64,000 bases of DNA from Clostridia bacterium (GCA_017502135.1 JAFVVP010000004.1:47923-111922), one strand, 5' to 3'; shown: positions 1 through 10,323, counted from the first letter of the stretch. Numbers and translations: made by a program. Notes: generated by a model not told the origin, from the letters alone.

Positions 1-429
1 CTGCGCCTCCGTGCCGCCGGCGCCCGGGTGGAACGAAACGATCGCGTTGTTTTTATCGTACTGACCTGAGAGAAGAACCTCGATGCGCTGTTTTTCGGCG
101 TCTGCAAAAATCTGTTCTTTTTCAGCGAGGATCTCATCCGTTACGCTTTCGTCGTTTTCCTCGATGGCCATTTCTGCCATCATGACGGTGTCCTCGAGGC
201 GCTGTACCAGAGAATCGTACCGTTCGATTTTATCTTTCAGCTGTTTTAACTGCTGGAGAGATTTCGTGGACTTTTCCTGGTCATTCCAGAAATCGGGGGA
301 TTGGGATTTTTCTTCGAGCGTTTCTGCTTGCTCACGCAAAGCCTCGATACGGAGTGCTTTGCCCAGTTCGATGAGTTGATCGCGGAACGCGTTCAGTTCC
401 TGCTTGGCTTGTTCAAGTGCAATAATCAA
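1..429 (-). CDS. prfB: Peptide chain release factor 2, N-terminal part (runs off window start); no programmed frameshift
   Basis: Not in ORF track. Manual translation from TTG at 429 (GGAGG RBS upstream) gives MIIALEQAKQELNAFRDQLIELGKALRI...PDFWNDQEKS...LLSGQYDKNNAIVSFHPGAGGTEAQ, typical of RF2, in one continuous frame. Confidence 0.93.
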   Translation of the reverse strand, partial: MIIALEQAKQELNAFRDQLIELGKALRIEALREQAETLEEKSQSPDFWNDQEKSTKSLQQLKQLKDKIERYDSLVQRLEDTVMMAEMAIEENDESVTDEILAEKEQIFADAEKQRIEVLLSGQYDKNNAIVSFHPGAGGTEAQ

Positions 430-489
430 AATATCCTCCGTGTGCGGACAGGATTTTATGTCATGACGTACATTAAGGCACACACTGCT

Positions 490-518
490 ATTATACCATC
501 TTTTAGGCGGTTTGTAAA
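490..518 (-). promoter_or_regulatory. sigmaA-type promoter of prfB
   Basis: TTTACA-17 bp-TATAAT with TG extension on minus strand. Confidence 0.65.
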
Positions 519-555
519 CAGTTGTGTGTGAAAAAACAGGGAAACTGCGTCTGAG

Positions 556-598
556 AAAAAGAAACGCAGAGGCGGGCGTAGCCATTCCTCTGCGTTTT
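556..598 (-). terminator. Rho-independent terminator after small Cys-rich gene
   Basis: AAACGCAGAGG...CCTCTGCGTTT hairpin followed by T-rich tract on minus strand. Confidence 0.65.
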
Positions 599-603
599 CA
601 GTT

Positions 604-822
604 TTACAGATCGGTTTCGGGCGGCGTAAACGGTTGAAGTTTCGGTGCAGTTCCGGGATCGCGCTTGAGCGGATCGTAGCGAAAAGTGCGGCAGTGATAG
701 CCCGCGTTTACAACGCCGCGTTTCTTGCAGAGCATCGAATCGGGATCGCTGAGGGACGCCGCAAGCTCGCAGTATTTACAAAGTTTGTCAAGTTCCGGTC
801 TCGCCTTCGTCTGTTTCGGCAT
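604..822 (-). CDS. Small Cys-rich hypothetical protein (CxxC...C...C, possible metal binding)
   Basis: 72 aa with CKYC, C, C and FRYDPLKR; own promoter (TTGATT-17-TATACT at 854-882) and terminator. Confidence 0.7.
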   Translation of the reverse strand: MPKQTKARPELDKLCKYCELAASLSDPDSMLCKKRGVVNAGYHCRTFRYDPLKRDPGTAPKLQPFTPPETDL

Positions 823-878
823 AACTTTTCACCATCCATTAAAGTCTACGTACAGTATAGCAGATATTTCGGCAAAAA

Positions 879-1979
879 TCAAGAGGCACGGGTGCGGCGC
901 TCTTTTTTTTCGTATAAAGCGGGGACGAGGCAGAAAAGGATGAGGAGTACGACCTCGCCGAGGACGAGCATTTCGGGGGTATCGGTGATTGGGATACAGG
1001 TGGAAACAGAAACCGAGCGGGTAAAGAAAAAGCGGTAATACAGCGCGGCGGCACCGCCGGTGAGGATCCCCTGAATCGCTTTAGAGACGGCGGCGGGTGT
1101 GAGACGGAGTGAGAGGGGGGAAGTAAACACCTTAGACTGTGCAAACACGGAAATCCCTGACCAGCCAACCGCGAGTCCAGTTAGAAATGCACCGAGCGTT
1201 CCGCCAAGCTTTGCGGAAAGCGCCGTTCCGCTTGTGAACTCGAGAAGCACGCCCACGACGGGGAGAAGAAAATCCGCGCCGATCTTTGCGAGGATGCGGG
1301 AGAGCAGAGAAAGGACGACCGCGAAAAACACGACGAACCCCGAAACGATGAGCACAGAGAGGGCTGCTTTTGACACGTTTTCGGCAAGTGTAGTGAGAAG
1401 ATCCTTTTTCGGTACATACCGTGCCCTTTTGGGGGGATCCGTATTTTTTGAATTTTCCGTTTTATGCGAGAATTGGGCGTATAGGGTACCGATCAAGAAA
1501 GCGGTTACGATTTGTGAAACGTATACGAACAGGCCAAAGCCACGGTTGCCCCAACAGTGCGCACCTACCACCTCAATGACGAAGGCGGGGCCGGTATTGT
1601 TGGCGATTGCAATCAGACGCTCCGCCTCGTCGGCGGTGAGGCGTTTTTGTTCAAACAACGACGAGGCGGTCTGTGCACCTACGGGAAATCCGCAAAGGGC
1701 GCCGAGCAGGATCGCACCCGCAGACTCACCCGGCAGACGAAAGAAGCGGCGGCAAAATGGGCGGGTCCATTTTCCGATCAGATCGGCGGCGCCGAGGGAT
1801 ACGATCATGCCGGCGATGACCATGTAGGGAAAAAGGGAGGGAATAATGACGGTAGCGCATAGTTTTAAAGCATTTAACGCGGCATCTCCCACGGCATTCG
1901 ACTCCGCCAGAAGGAGAACGGCACCGGCCAAAACGGCGACGGCGTACCGTGAGGATGAGGCTTTGTGATCGTTTCGCAT
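879..1979 (-). CDS. ylbJ: Sporulation integral membrane protein YlbJ-like
   Basis: IIPSLFPYM, LGALCGFPVGA, NNTGPAFV, LLEFTSG, GWSGISVFAQ motifs; multi-TM. Confidence 0.85.
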   Translation of the reverse strand: MRNDHKASSSRYAVAVLAGAVLLLAESNAVGDAALNALKLCATVIIPSLFPYMVIAGMIVSLGAADLIGKWTRPFCRRFFRLPGESAGAILLGALCGFPVGAQTASSLFEQKRLTADEAERLIAIANNTGPAFVIEVVGAHCWGNRGFGLFVYVSQIVTAFLIGTLYAQFSHKTENSKNTDPPKRARYVPKKDLLTTLAENVSKAALSVLIVSGFVVFFAVVLSLLSRILAKIGADFLLPVVGVLLEFTSGTALSAKLGGTLGAFLTGLAVGWSGISVFAQSKVFTSPLSLRLTPAAVSKAIQGILTGGAAALYYRFFFTRSVSVSTCIPITDTPEMLVLGEVVLLILFCLVPALYEKKERRTRAS

Positions 1980-2075
1980 ATCCGAAATCCTTTCGCATAT
2001 GTTGTAGTAAAAAGGGTACTTGCCCCCATTCGGCGGTGTGCCCGTTTTATCATATGAACAAAAGGAGAAAAATAG

Positions 2076-2393
2076 ATGCGCTCTTCCAAAAGAACGGGAC
2101 TGAAAAGTGTGAGAATGAGGCTATCCGAGCGGATTTCGGATGCGCTCGACGTGCCGGCGGAGTGTTTTTCGCCGATCAGTATTGTGGAAGTTAAGGGGAA
2201 CCGTGAAGCGGTGGTCAGCGGCTGCGAGAGCGTTCTGGAATACGAGGCTGACACGGTCCTGCTCCGCGTCAGAGAAGGATGTGTTCGGGTTATAGGCGGA
2301 TGCCTACAAATGCAGACGATGATTGCCGACCGCGTAACGCTGCGAGGAGAAATATGCGCCGTGTATTTTGAAAACGCGGAGATGAAACCATGA
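2076..2393 (+). CDS. yqfC: YabP/YqfC family sporulation protein
   Basis: ISDALDVP...VEVKGNREAVV...VLEYE; overlaps the start of yqfD. Confidence 0.8.
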   Translation: MRSSKRTGLKSVRMRLSERISDALDVPAECFSPISIVEVKGNREAVVSGCESVLEYEADTVLLRVREGCVRVIGGCLQMQTMIADRVTLRGEICAVYFENAEMKP

Positions 2394-3565
2394 CGAAAAG
2401 TGTTCTGAACTGGCTCTCGGGCTGGCAAACGGTTTTCGTGCCGCACGAGTATGCGGTGGAGGTGTTGAATCTCCTTCACGCCGAAAACCTTCTGTCGTGG
2501 CACATGAAAAACACAGAGGACGGCGGGCTGTCCTTTCGCATGCTTCTCCCGGATGCCCGTCGGTTTCTCGTGCGGTGTCCATTCGCCTGTGGGGATCGGG
2601 AACGCGGATTGCCGTCGCTCCTCCACCGATACCGCGGGCGGTGGGGAATACTCATCGGTGCGCTTTTGTTTGCAGTTCTCGTGTGGCAATCCACGACGGT
2701 CGTATGGGAGGTGTCCGTAACCGGCAATGAAAAACTGCCCGACAAGGAAATCGTGTCGATGCTTTCGGAGTTCGGGTTCGGTGTGGGCACGAGATTTCGC
2801 AAGATTGATTTTGACGTGCTTCAGAACGATTTTCTTCTGACTACGGACGAGATTGCGTGGATCGCTGTTAATATGGAGGGAACGGTCGCGCACGTGGAGG
2901 TGAGGGAAAACCTCGGATCGAGATCCCGTGGGAATTCGGGAAGTCCTGCAGCCAATCTGATTGCCGCCGAGGACGGACAGATTTTTGAGATTCGACTGGT
3001 GAGCGGAGGCGCCGCGGTACAGCGCGGAGATATCGTCCGAAAAGGCGATCTTCTCATAAGCGGACTGCTTACGATAGGGGAGGACGGCCTTCGGTACGAA
3101 TATGCCAAAGGCGAGGTTTTGGCACAGGTGAATCGGGTGATCGAAGCGGAGTCTCCCCTTGTGAGGACGAAAACCGTCTTTACGGGGGCGGAAAAAACGA
3201 AAAAAACCATAAGAATTTTCGCGAAAGAGATAAAACTTTTTAGAAATACTGGAATTGAGTATACAACTTATGATACAATAATAACGGATAAGCAGGTATC
3301 CTTGCCGGGCGGGCTATCGCTCCCCATCTATATCACTACCGAGACGGTCCTTGAGACCGCCGTTGAAACGGTAACGGTTACAGAAGAGGAGGCGTTTGCA
3401 GACGCTATGATCCTCTATCAAAAAGAGATGGAGAGGCTTCTTGAGGATGCGGAGATCCTCGAGATCGAAACGGAGCGCATTTTTGAAGATGGCGTTTGCC
3501 GGATCGTGGGGCGTGCCGTATGCATTGCCGATATTGCTGAAACGGCGGAGATCGGCATCCACTGA
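2390..3565 (+). CDS. yqfD: Stage IV sporulation protein YqfD
   Basis: TM then VWEVSVTGNE, IAWIAVNMEGTVAHVEVRE, NLIAAEDG, GDIVRKGDLLISG; yqfC-yqfD-phoH synteny. Confidence 0.9.
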   Translation: MTKSVLNWLSGWQTVFVPHEYAVEVLNLLHAENLLSWHMKNTEDGGLSFRMLLPDARRFLVRCPFACGDRERGLPSLLHRYRGRWGILIGALLFAVLVWQSTTVVWEVSVTGNEKLPDKEIVSMLSEFGFGVGTRFRKIDFDVLQNDFLLTTDEIAWIAVNMEGTVAHVEVRENLGSRSRGNSGSPAANLIAAEDGQIFEIRLVSGGAAVQRGDIVRKGDLLISGLLTIGEDGLRYEYAKGEVLAQVNRVIEAESPLVRTKTVFTGAEKTKKTIRIFAKEIKLFRNTGIEYTTYDTIITDKQVSLPGGLSLPIYITTETVLETAVETVTVTEEEAFADAMILYQKEMERLLEDAEILEIETERIFEDGVCRIVGRAVCIADIAETAEIGIH

Positions 3566-3606
3566 TACCGCTTTTTGAATTTTGATTTTGATACGGAAGG
3601 AATCAC

Positions 3607-4635
3607 ATGACACAGAAAAAAATTCTCACGCCTTCCTCGGAGATAACGAGACGGATCTTTGGCTCATTTGACTCTCATGCTCGCCGCCTTGAAGAATCGT
3701 TCGGCATCCGTATGTACAATACCGCCGACGCGAGCGACGGCGACTGCATCATGCTTGAAGGCGAGTCAGACGGTGTGCGCCGCTGTGCCGAGGCGATTGA
3801 TTATCTTAAAAAGGTGGCGGCTCTCGGCGACGAGCTGACCGATCAGAGCGTGGATTATGTGATCCGTATGGTGAGCGAGGGGGCGACGGAACAGCTCTCT
3901 GAACTGGATGATGACTGTTTTCTCGTTACCGCACGCGGAAAGCCCGTGAAGGCGAAAACCGTGGGACAGAAAAAATACGTGGAAGCGATAAGGAAAAATA
4001 CGATCGTCATCTGTGCCGGCCCTGCCGGTACGGGTAAAACGTATCTTGCTGTGGCGATGGCGGTGAAAGCGCTTCGCGCTCACGAGATCTCCAGGATCAT
4101 TCTCACGCGTCCCGCCGTGGAGGCGGGAGAGAAACTCGGCTTTCTGCCGGGCGATCTCCAGAGCAAGATCGACCCCTATCTCCGTCCGCTTTACGATGCG
4201 CTTTACGAGATGATGGGCGCTGAAAACGTTTCCCGCCTTATTGAAAAAATGACGATCGAGATCGCGCCGCTTGCGTATATGCGCGGGCGGACGCTTGACG
4301 ATTCGTTTATCATCCTCGACGAAGCACAGAACACGACGGAAGAGCAGATGAAGATGTTCTTAACCCGTCTCGGAAGCGGTTCAAAAATCGTCGTTACGGG
4401 CGATCTTACCCAGACGGATCTGCCGATGGGCAAACGGAGCGGACTTGCTGCTGCCGTGAAGATCCTCTCGGGTATTGAAGGAATCGCCGTGCACGAATTC
4501 ACGGAGCGCGACGTGGTCCGCCATCGCTTGGTGCAGAGAATCATTATGGCGTACGACCGCTACGAACGCGAGAGAAAAACACGGACAGCGGAGAGACAAA
4601 GCGACACGAAAAAATTCCGCGCCGCCCGAAAATAA
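3607..4635 (+). CDS. phoH: PhoH family ATPase
   Basis: GPAGTGKT, RPAVEAGEKLGFLPG, YMRGRTL, LDEAQN. Confidence 0.95.
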   Translation: MTQKKILTPSSEITRRIFGSFDSHARRLEESFGIRMYNTADASDGDCIMLEGESDGVRRCAEAIDYLKKVAALGDELTDQSVDYVIRMVSEGATEQLSELDDDCFLVTARGKPVKAKTVGQKKYVEAIRKNTIVICAGPAGTGKTYLAVAMAVKALRAHEISRIILTRPAVEAGEKLGFLPGDLQSKIDPYLRPLYDALYEMMGAENVSRLIEKMTIEIAPLAYMRGRTLDDSFIILDEAQNTTEEQMKMFLTRLGSGSKIVVTGDLTQTDLPMGKRSGLAAAVKILSGIEGIAVHEFTERDVVRHRLVQRIIMAYDRYERERKTRTAERQSDTKKFRAARK

Positions 4636-4654
4636 GAAACGGTAGGACAAAAAT

Positions 4655-5119
4655 ATGGACGTTAAAATCAGATTTTCCAAAAAGAACGTGCGCCGCGTGA
4701 ACCTTTCCGTGCCGCTCGTCGTTACGAAGGCGGTGCAGGCAGCCTTGGAGTACGAAGAATTTCATCAACCGACGCAGATCTCCGTTACGTTTACGGACAA
4801 CGAGGGCATACGTGAGTTGAACCGCACGTACCGCGAAAAGGATGCCGCGACGGACGTTCTCTCGTTCCCGCAGTACGATTTTGCCGCAGGCGAGACGCCT
4901 CTCCCCGATTTCCGCTGTGAACTCGGTGATATCGTTCTGTCCCTTGAGCGTGCGCGGACGCAGGCGAAGGAGATCGGACACGGATTTAAACGCGAAGTCG
5001 CTTTTCTTACGGTGCACTCCGTTTTGCATCTTCTCGGATACGATCACGAGCGTTCGGAGGCGGACGACGAGGAGATGTGCCGCCGTCAGCGCGAGATCGT
5101 TTCGACGATCCGCTTTTGA
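4655..5119 (+). CDS. ybeY: rRNA maturation endoribonuclease YbeY
   Basis: TDVLSFP and HSVLHLLGYDH motifs. Confidence 0.95.
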   Translation: MDVKIRFSKKNVRRVNLSVPLVVTKAVQAALEYEEFHQPTQISVTFTDNEGIRELNRTYREKDAATDVLSFPQYDFAAGETPLPDFRCELGDIVLSLERARTQAKEIGHGFKREVAFLTVHSVLHLLGYDHERSEADDEEMCRRQREIVSTIRF

Positions 5120-5163
5120 GCCGGCAGGAAATTTTGAATCAAAGAAAATGAGAGCGTGAAAGT

Positions 5164-6087
5164 ATGAACGAAGTGAAAAAGATTGATAACACAGCCACAC
5201 GCACCGCTTTTATCGCGATCGTTGGCCGCCCGAACGTGGGCAAATCCACCCTTATGAACGCGATGCTCGGGGAGAAGGTAGCAATCGTATCCTCAAAACC
5301 GCAGACGACCCGCAACCGCATCACCGGTATTCTGACCGAAGACGGGGATCAGTTCGTATTCCTTGATACGCCCGGCATCCATAAGCCGAAGAATAAACTG
5401 GGTGCGTACATGATGAAATCCGTGTCCTCCGCGATCGGCGGCGCGGATGCCGTCATCATGATCGTCGAGGCGGGCTATCCTGCCGGCGAGACGGAAAAAC
5501 GGATCATAGAGAACATAAAAGATATGAAACTGCCCGCGATTCTCGTTCTTAACAAGATTGATCTTGTGAACAAAGAGAAACTCGCCGAGACGATCACCGA
5601 GTACGCGGCACTTCATGATTTCGATGCCTTCGTTCCCACGGCGGCGGAGAAGGGGAAGAACGTAGAGATCGTTCTCGAGGAAGCTCGGCGCTATCTCAGC
5701 GAGGGCGCGTGGTTTTTCCCGTCGGATATTGCTACCGATCAGCCGGAACGGCAGATCGCGGCGGAGGTGATCCGCGAGAAGATTCTCCGTACGCTCACTG
5801 AGGAGATCCCCCACGGTACGGCCGTCGTGATTGAGGAATTCAAGGATGAGGGAACGCTCATCAGCATCCGCGCGGAGATTTTCTGCGAAAAGGCATCCCA
5901 TAAGGGCATCATCGTGGGTAAGAAGGGCGAGACGCTCAAACGCATCGGTACGCACGCGAGAGAGGATCTTGAGGCCTTTTTCGGCGTGAAGGTATATCTG
6001 AATCTTTGGGTCAAAGTGAAAGAGAAGTGGCGCGACAGCGATACGAGCCTCAATAATTTCGGCTTTAATCCGAAGGACCTTACGTAA
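5164..6087 (+). CDS. era: GTPase Era
   Basis: GRPNVGKST, PQTTR, DTPG, NKID, KH domain. Confidence 0.97.
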   Translation: MNEVKKIDNTATRTAFIAIVGRPNVGKSTLMNAMLGEKVAIVSSKPQTTRNRITGILTEDGDQFVFLDTPGIHKPKNKLGAYMMKSVSSAIGGADAVIMIVEAGYPAGETEKRIIENIKDMKLPAILVLNKIDLVNKEKLAETITEYAALHDFDAFVPTAAEKGKNVEIVLEEARRYLSEGAWFFPSDIATDQPERQIAAEVIREKILRTLTEEIPHGTAVVIEEFKDEGTLISIRAEIFCEKASHKGIIVGKKGETLKRIGTHAREDLEAFFGVKVYLNLWVKVKEKWRDSDTSLNNFGFNPKDLT

Positions 6088-6090
6088 ACG

Positions 6091-6879
6091 ATGGAGCAGA
6101 TTTCTATCCGCGGCCTTGTGGTCAGAGAGACGCCTGTTGGCGAATACGATAAGCTTCTTACCGTCATCACCGAGGAGATGGGGCGTATCGTGATCTCCGG
6201 CAAGGCGGTGCGCAGTCTCAAAAGTAAGCATATGGCCGCAACGCAGCTTTTTTGCTACAGCAATTTTATCCTGCGTAAATCCCGCGGGTATTACTATATA
6301 TCCGACAGCGCGCTTACCGAGAGCTTTTTTGGCCTCAGAACCGATCTCGACCGGCTTTCCCTCGCGTCTTATCTTTGTGACGTGGCGGCGGAGATGGCGG
6401 TAGAAGGAATTGGGGACGAAGAACTTCTGCGGCTTACGCTCAATACGCTCTACGCGCTTGCCAATCATAAACATATTCCGCTCGCACAAGTGAAAGCGGC
6501 GTTCGAACTCCGCTCGGCCGCGATCGAGGGCTTTTTGCCGAATCTGACTGCCTGCGACGTGTGCGGGGCGGATCCGGAATCCGTCCCAAAACTGTCGCTT
6601 GACGTGATGAACGGACGGCTTCTCTGTGGAGACTGCCTCCGTAACGTACGCCACACGGACGATCTCGTGGACGAGGGAACCGCGCATATTTATTTGAGGC
6701 TTACGCCCGCGGTGCTGAAGGCAATGCGGTACACCGTCGAGTCGCCCGTCGGAAAATTCCTTTCCTTTACGCTTGCCGAGTCGGACATGCCGATCTTCTC
6801 AAAGGTGTGCGAGAAGTATCTGCTCAACCATATTGAGCACGGCTTTTATACACTGGATTTTTACAAATCGCTTTTGTAA
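6091..6879 (+). CDS. recO: DNA repair protein RecO
   Basis: GEYDKLLTV OB fold, CDVC...CGDC zinc finger, follows era. Confidence 0.93.
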   Translation: MEQISIRGLVVRETPVGEYDKLLTVITEEMGRIVISGKAVRSLKSKHMAATQLFCYSNFILRKSRGYYYISDSALTESFFGLRTDLDRLSLASYLCDVAAEMAVEGIGDEELLRLTLNTLYALANHKHIPLAQVKAAFELRSAAIEGFLPNLTACDVCGADPESVPKLSLDVMNGRLLCGDCLRNVRHTDDLVDEGTAHIYLRLTPAVLKAMRYTVESPVGKFLSFTLAESDMPIFSKVCEKYLLNHIEHGFYTLDFYKSLL

Positions 6880-6918
6880 CATACACTTTCCGTCAGAAAA
6901 ACGGAGGAATCAAAACGC

Positions 6919-9300
6919 ATGAGTTTTCAGGATAAAACACTGACCACCCTGGAATTTGACAAGATCCGTCATCATCTTGCCGAAATCGCACTTACGGACG
7001 GGGCAAAACTGATGGCACAAAAATTGCGCCCGTCGGACGATATCGTCGAGATCCGCCGCCGCCTTCGCCGCACGACAGACGCCAGACGCCTTTTTATGAT
7101 TAAAGGTATGCCGCCGTTCTCGGGCGTTCGGGACGTGGGCGATTCTCTCGAGCGTGCGGTAAAAGGCGCCACGCTTTCTACAAGGGAACTGCTGGATATT
7201 GCCTCACTTCTTCACTGCACGCGTGCGCTCGTTGATTACAGCCGCGGGGAGAGGGATTTTGAAACGGTACTCGATGAGATCTTCGACCGTCTCCTTCCCA
7301 ACCGTACGCTCGAGGAAAGCATTACGCGTTCCATTATTGCCGAGGATATGATTGCAGACGAGGCAAGCCCCCAGCTTGCCGAGATCCGTCGGAAAATCCG
7401 TGCTGTCAACAGCAAGATCAAGGATCTTATGCAGAAGTATACCGGCGGTGCTTTTGGCAAATATCTGCAAGAAAATATCGTTACCACCCGCGGCGGCCGA
7501 TTTGTCGTGCCGGTAAAGGCAGAATACAAGGGCGAAGTAAAGGGGCTGGTGCACGACACCTCGTCATCCGGCGCTACGCTCTTCATCGAGCCGATGGCGG
7601 TGGTGGATGCGAATAACGAGTTGCGTTCGCTCCAGAGCAGGGAGACCCACGAGATCGAACGGATTCTTTCGGAACTGTCTGCGTTCGTTTCTGATATCTC
7701 GCATAATATAGAAGCGAATTATCTCAACATCACCGATCTTGCGTTCGTGTTTGCCGCGGCGGCCTTGTCCGTCGAGATGGATGCATCCGAGCCCGAGATT
7801 ACGGAGAAGCGGGCGGTATCTCTCCGCGCCGCACGGCATCCGTTGCTCGATCCGAAAAAGGTCGTTCCCGTAACGATCACGCTCGGCGGCGAGTATGGGA
7901 TGCTCGTTATCACCGGCCCTAACACGGGCGGTAAAACGGTTACGCTCAAAACGCTCGGCCTATTGTCTCTTATGGCGCAGGCGGGGCTTCATATCCCCGC
8001 AGAGGCGGGTTCGTCCGTTTGCGTGTTTGACGATGTCTTCTCCGACATCGGGGACGAGCAGAGCATCGAACAGTCGCTTTCCACATTCTCCTCGCATATG
8101 GTGGGGATTGTTTCGATCATGGAGCGGATGACGCCTGAGTCGCTCGTGCTCTTTGACGAGCTCGGCGCGGGCACCGATCCCGTCGAGGGGGCGGCGCTTG
8201 CTATGGCGATCCTCGAGGAGGTGCGCCGTATGGGCGCGCTTTGCGCCGCTACCACGCACTACGCGGAACTGAAAGCATACGCTATTGAGACCGAGGGCGT
8301 GGTGAACGCCTCCTGTGAATTCAATGTCGAAACGCTTCGGCCCACGTATCGGCTCGTGATCGGCACGCCCGGCAAATCAAATGCGTTTGCCATTTCGGAA
8401 AAATTGGGACTTCCCCGGGCGATCGTAGAGCGAGCCGCGCATTTCGTTGATACGGGATCGCGCGATTTTGAAGCGGTTATCGCAAAACTCGAGGATACGC
8501 GCCGTCAGCTCGAAGAAGAGAAGAGCGAGACGGAGCGTCTCAGACGCGAATACGAATCCTTCAAGAAGAACGCGGAGGCGAAACTGAACCAGAAACTCGG
8601 AACGGCTGAAAAAGAAGCTGAGCGGATGCGCGCTCAGGCGGAACAGCAGCTTCTGAGCGCGAAAGCCACGAGTAACTATATCTACGATCAGCTTGAAAAA
8701 CTGAAAAAGGAACGGGATTCCGAAAAGCTTGCCGAGAAAATGGCGCAGGCGAAAAAGGATATCCGCGCCCGCATCCGTCAGTATGAGGACAGCGCGTACG
8801 ATCCGTCTATGGATGAAGATGATGACTACGTTCTCCCGCGTCCCTTGGTGAAGGGAGACCGCGTACGGCACCGTAATCTCGGTACGTCAGGCGTGCTCGT
8901 GGACGATCCCGATAAAAAGGGCAACGTATCCGTTCGCATAGGGCAGGTGAAGACCCGCGCCAACGTGAGGGATCTGCGTCTTTTGGCAGATGCCGAAACA
9001 AATGAAGAACGGGATCGTAAGAACCAAAAGCAGTACAAAGCGATGGTCAGCCGTACGTTCAAGCCGGAGCTTGACGTACGCGGTCAGATCGGTGACGACG
9101 CGTGGTTTATGGTGGACAAGTATCTGGATGAAGCCGCGGTCGCCGGAATCCATTCCGTAACGATCATTCACGGAAAGGGAACGGGTGCGCTTCGCGCCGC
9201 GATCTGGGGGCATCTAAAGACGGATTCCCGCGTCAGTTCGTTCCGCGCCGGCGCGTACGGTGAGGGTGATTACGGCGTTACGGTGGTAGAACTGAAATAA
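6919..9300 (+). CDS. mutS2: Endonuclease MutS2
   Basis: LEFDKI N-terminus, GPNTGGKT, DELGAGTDP, coiled coil, C-terminal Smr domain (IIHGKGTG). Confidence 0.96.
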   Translation: MSFQDKTLTTLEFDKIRHHLAEIALTDGAKLMAQKLRPSDDIVEIRRRLRRTTDARRLFMIKGMPPFSGVRDVGDSLERAVKGATLSTRELLDIASLLHCTRALVDYSRGERDFETVLDEIFDRLLPNRTLEESITRSIIAEDMIADEASPQLAEIRRKIRAVNSKIKDLMQKYTGGAFGKYLQENIVTTRGGRFVVPVKAEYKGEVKGLVHDTSSSGATLFIEPMAVVDANNELRSLQSRETHEIERILSELSAFVSDISHNIEANYLNITDLAFVFAAAALSVEMDASEPEITEKRAVSLRAARHPLLDPKKVVPVTITLGGEYGMLVITGPNTGGKTVTLKTLGLLSLMAQAGLHIPAEAGSSVCVFDDVFSDIGDEQSIEQSLSTFSSHMVGIVSIMERMTPESLVLFDELGAGTDPVEGAALAMAILEEVRRMGALCAATTHYAELKAYAIETEGVVNASCEFNVETLRPTYRLVIGTPGKSNAFAISEKLGLPRAIVERAAHFVDTGSRDFEAVIAKLEDTRRQLEEEKSETERLRREYESFKKNAEAKLNQKLGTAEKEAERMRAQAEQQLLSAKATSNYIYDQLEKLKKERDSEKLAEKMAQAKKDIRARIRQYEDSAYDPSMDEDDDYVLPRPLVKGDRVRHRNLGTSGVLVDDPDKKGNVSVRIGQVKTRANVRDLRLLADAETNEERDRKNQKQYKAMVSRTFKPELDVRGQIGDDAWFMVDKYLDEAAVAGIHSVTIIHGKGTGALRAAIWGHLKTDSRVSSFRAGAYGEGDYGVTVVELK

Positions 9301-9310
9301 AAGCCAACCG

Positions 9311-9339
9311 TTGCAAACGTCAGAGATTACTGGTATAAT
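9311..9339 (+). promoter_or_regulatory. sigmaA-type promoter
   Basis: TTGCAA-17 bp-TATAAT with TG extension. Confidence 0.65.
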
Positions 9340-9405
9340 ATTAAGAGTGAAACCGCCGACCTCGGCTGTTTCGGATTCTATTTGTAAAACAAAGGAGACA
9401 CGCAT

Positions 9406-10275
9406 ATGGCAACCTTCCGTTTCAGTGCTTTTGCAGACGAGTATTCCGAATCCTTTGACGAGCAGATCAAAGGACTTCTCCAAAACGGTATCCACCTCAT
9501 CGAGCCCCGCGGTATTGACGGGATCAATATTTCCGATCTCACTTCCGAAAAAGCGATGGAGGTAAAAGAGAAACTCACCGCCGCCGGTATCGGTGTCTCG
9601 GCGCTTGGCTCGCCGATCGGTAAGATCACGCTGGAGGATGATTTTGAAGCGCACAAGATGAAACTGCGCCGTACGTGTGAGATCGCCCGTATTCTTGGTG
9701 CGGAGCGCATCCGTATGTTCAGTTTTCTGATGCCGAAGGACGCTAAGGACGTTTCCGTTTATAAGGATGAGGTCATCGACCGCATGGGGCAGATGCTCGA
9801 CATCGCAGACGAGTACGGTATGAAACTTTGCCACGAAAACGAAAAGGGAATCTACGGAGACACACCGGAGCGTTGCCTCGAACTTCTCATGGCGTTCCAA
9901 GGACGGCTCGGCTGTGTATTCGATCCCGCAAACTTCGTGCAGGTCGGGGCTGACTGTACAGAGGCGTTCCGCCTTCTTTGCGATCATATCACCTATATGC
10001 ATATAAAAGATTGCGCCAAGGCCGGTGCAATCGTGGTTGCCGGCACAGGTGCCGGTGCGATTCCCGAGATCTTTGCCGTTCTGAACCGCATCCGCGATGG
10101 TGAGATTATCGCCACGATGGAACCACATCTCCGTGAGTTCGTCGGTCTGGATGCTCTCGAAGCCGGCGAGAAGACGAAGATCAATAACGACGTCTACGCT
10201 ACCGCGGAGGAGGCGTTCTGTGTTGCCGTTGCAGGCGCTCGTATGTGCATGCCGCGTACGGCAATCCTCCTCTGA
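9406..10275 (+). CDS. Sugar phosphate isomerase/epimerase (xylose isomerase-like TIM barrel)
   Basis: SAFADE, GSPIGK, HENEKGIYG, FDPANF, HIKD, EPHL. Confidence 0.85.
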   Translation: MATFRFSAFADEYSESFDEQIKGLLQNGIHLIEPRGIDGINISDLTSEKAMEVKEKLTAAGIGVSALGSPIGKITLEDDFEAHKMKLRRTCEIARILGAERIRMFSFLMPKDAKDVSVYKDEVIDRMGQMLDIADEYGMKLCHENEKGIYGDTPERCLELLMAFQGRLGCVFDPANFVQVGADCTEAFRLLCDHITYMHIKDCAKAGAIVVAGTGAGAIPEIFAVLNRIRDGEIIATMEPHLREFVGLDALEAGEKTKINNDVYATAEEAFCVAVAGARMCMPRTAILL

Positions 10276-10323
10276 TAAAACCAAAAGGAGATAGGGTGAG
10301 CGGGGAAGTGCCGCTTGCCCATT

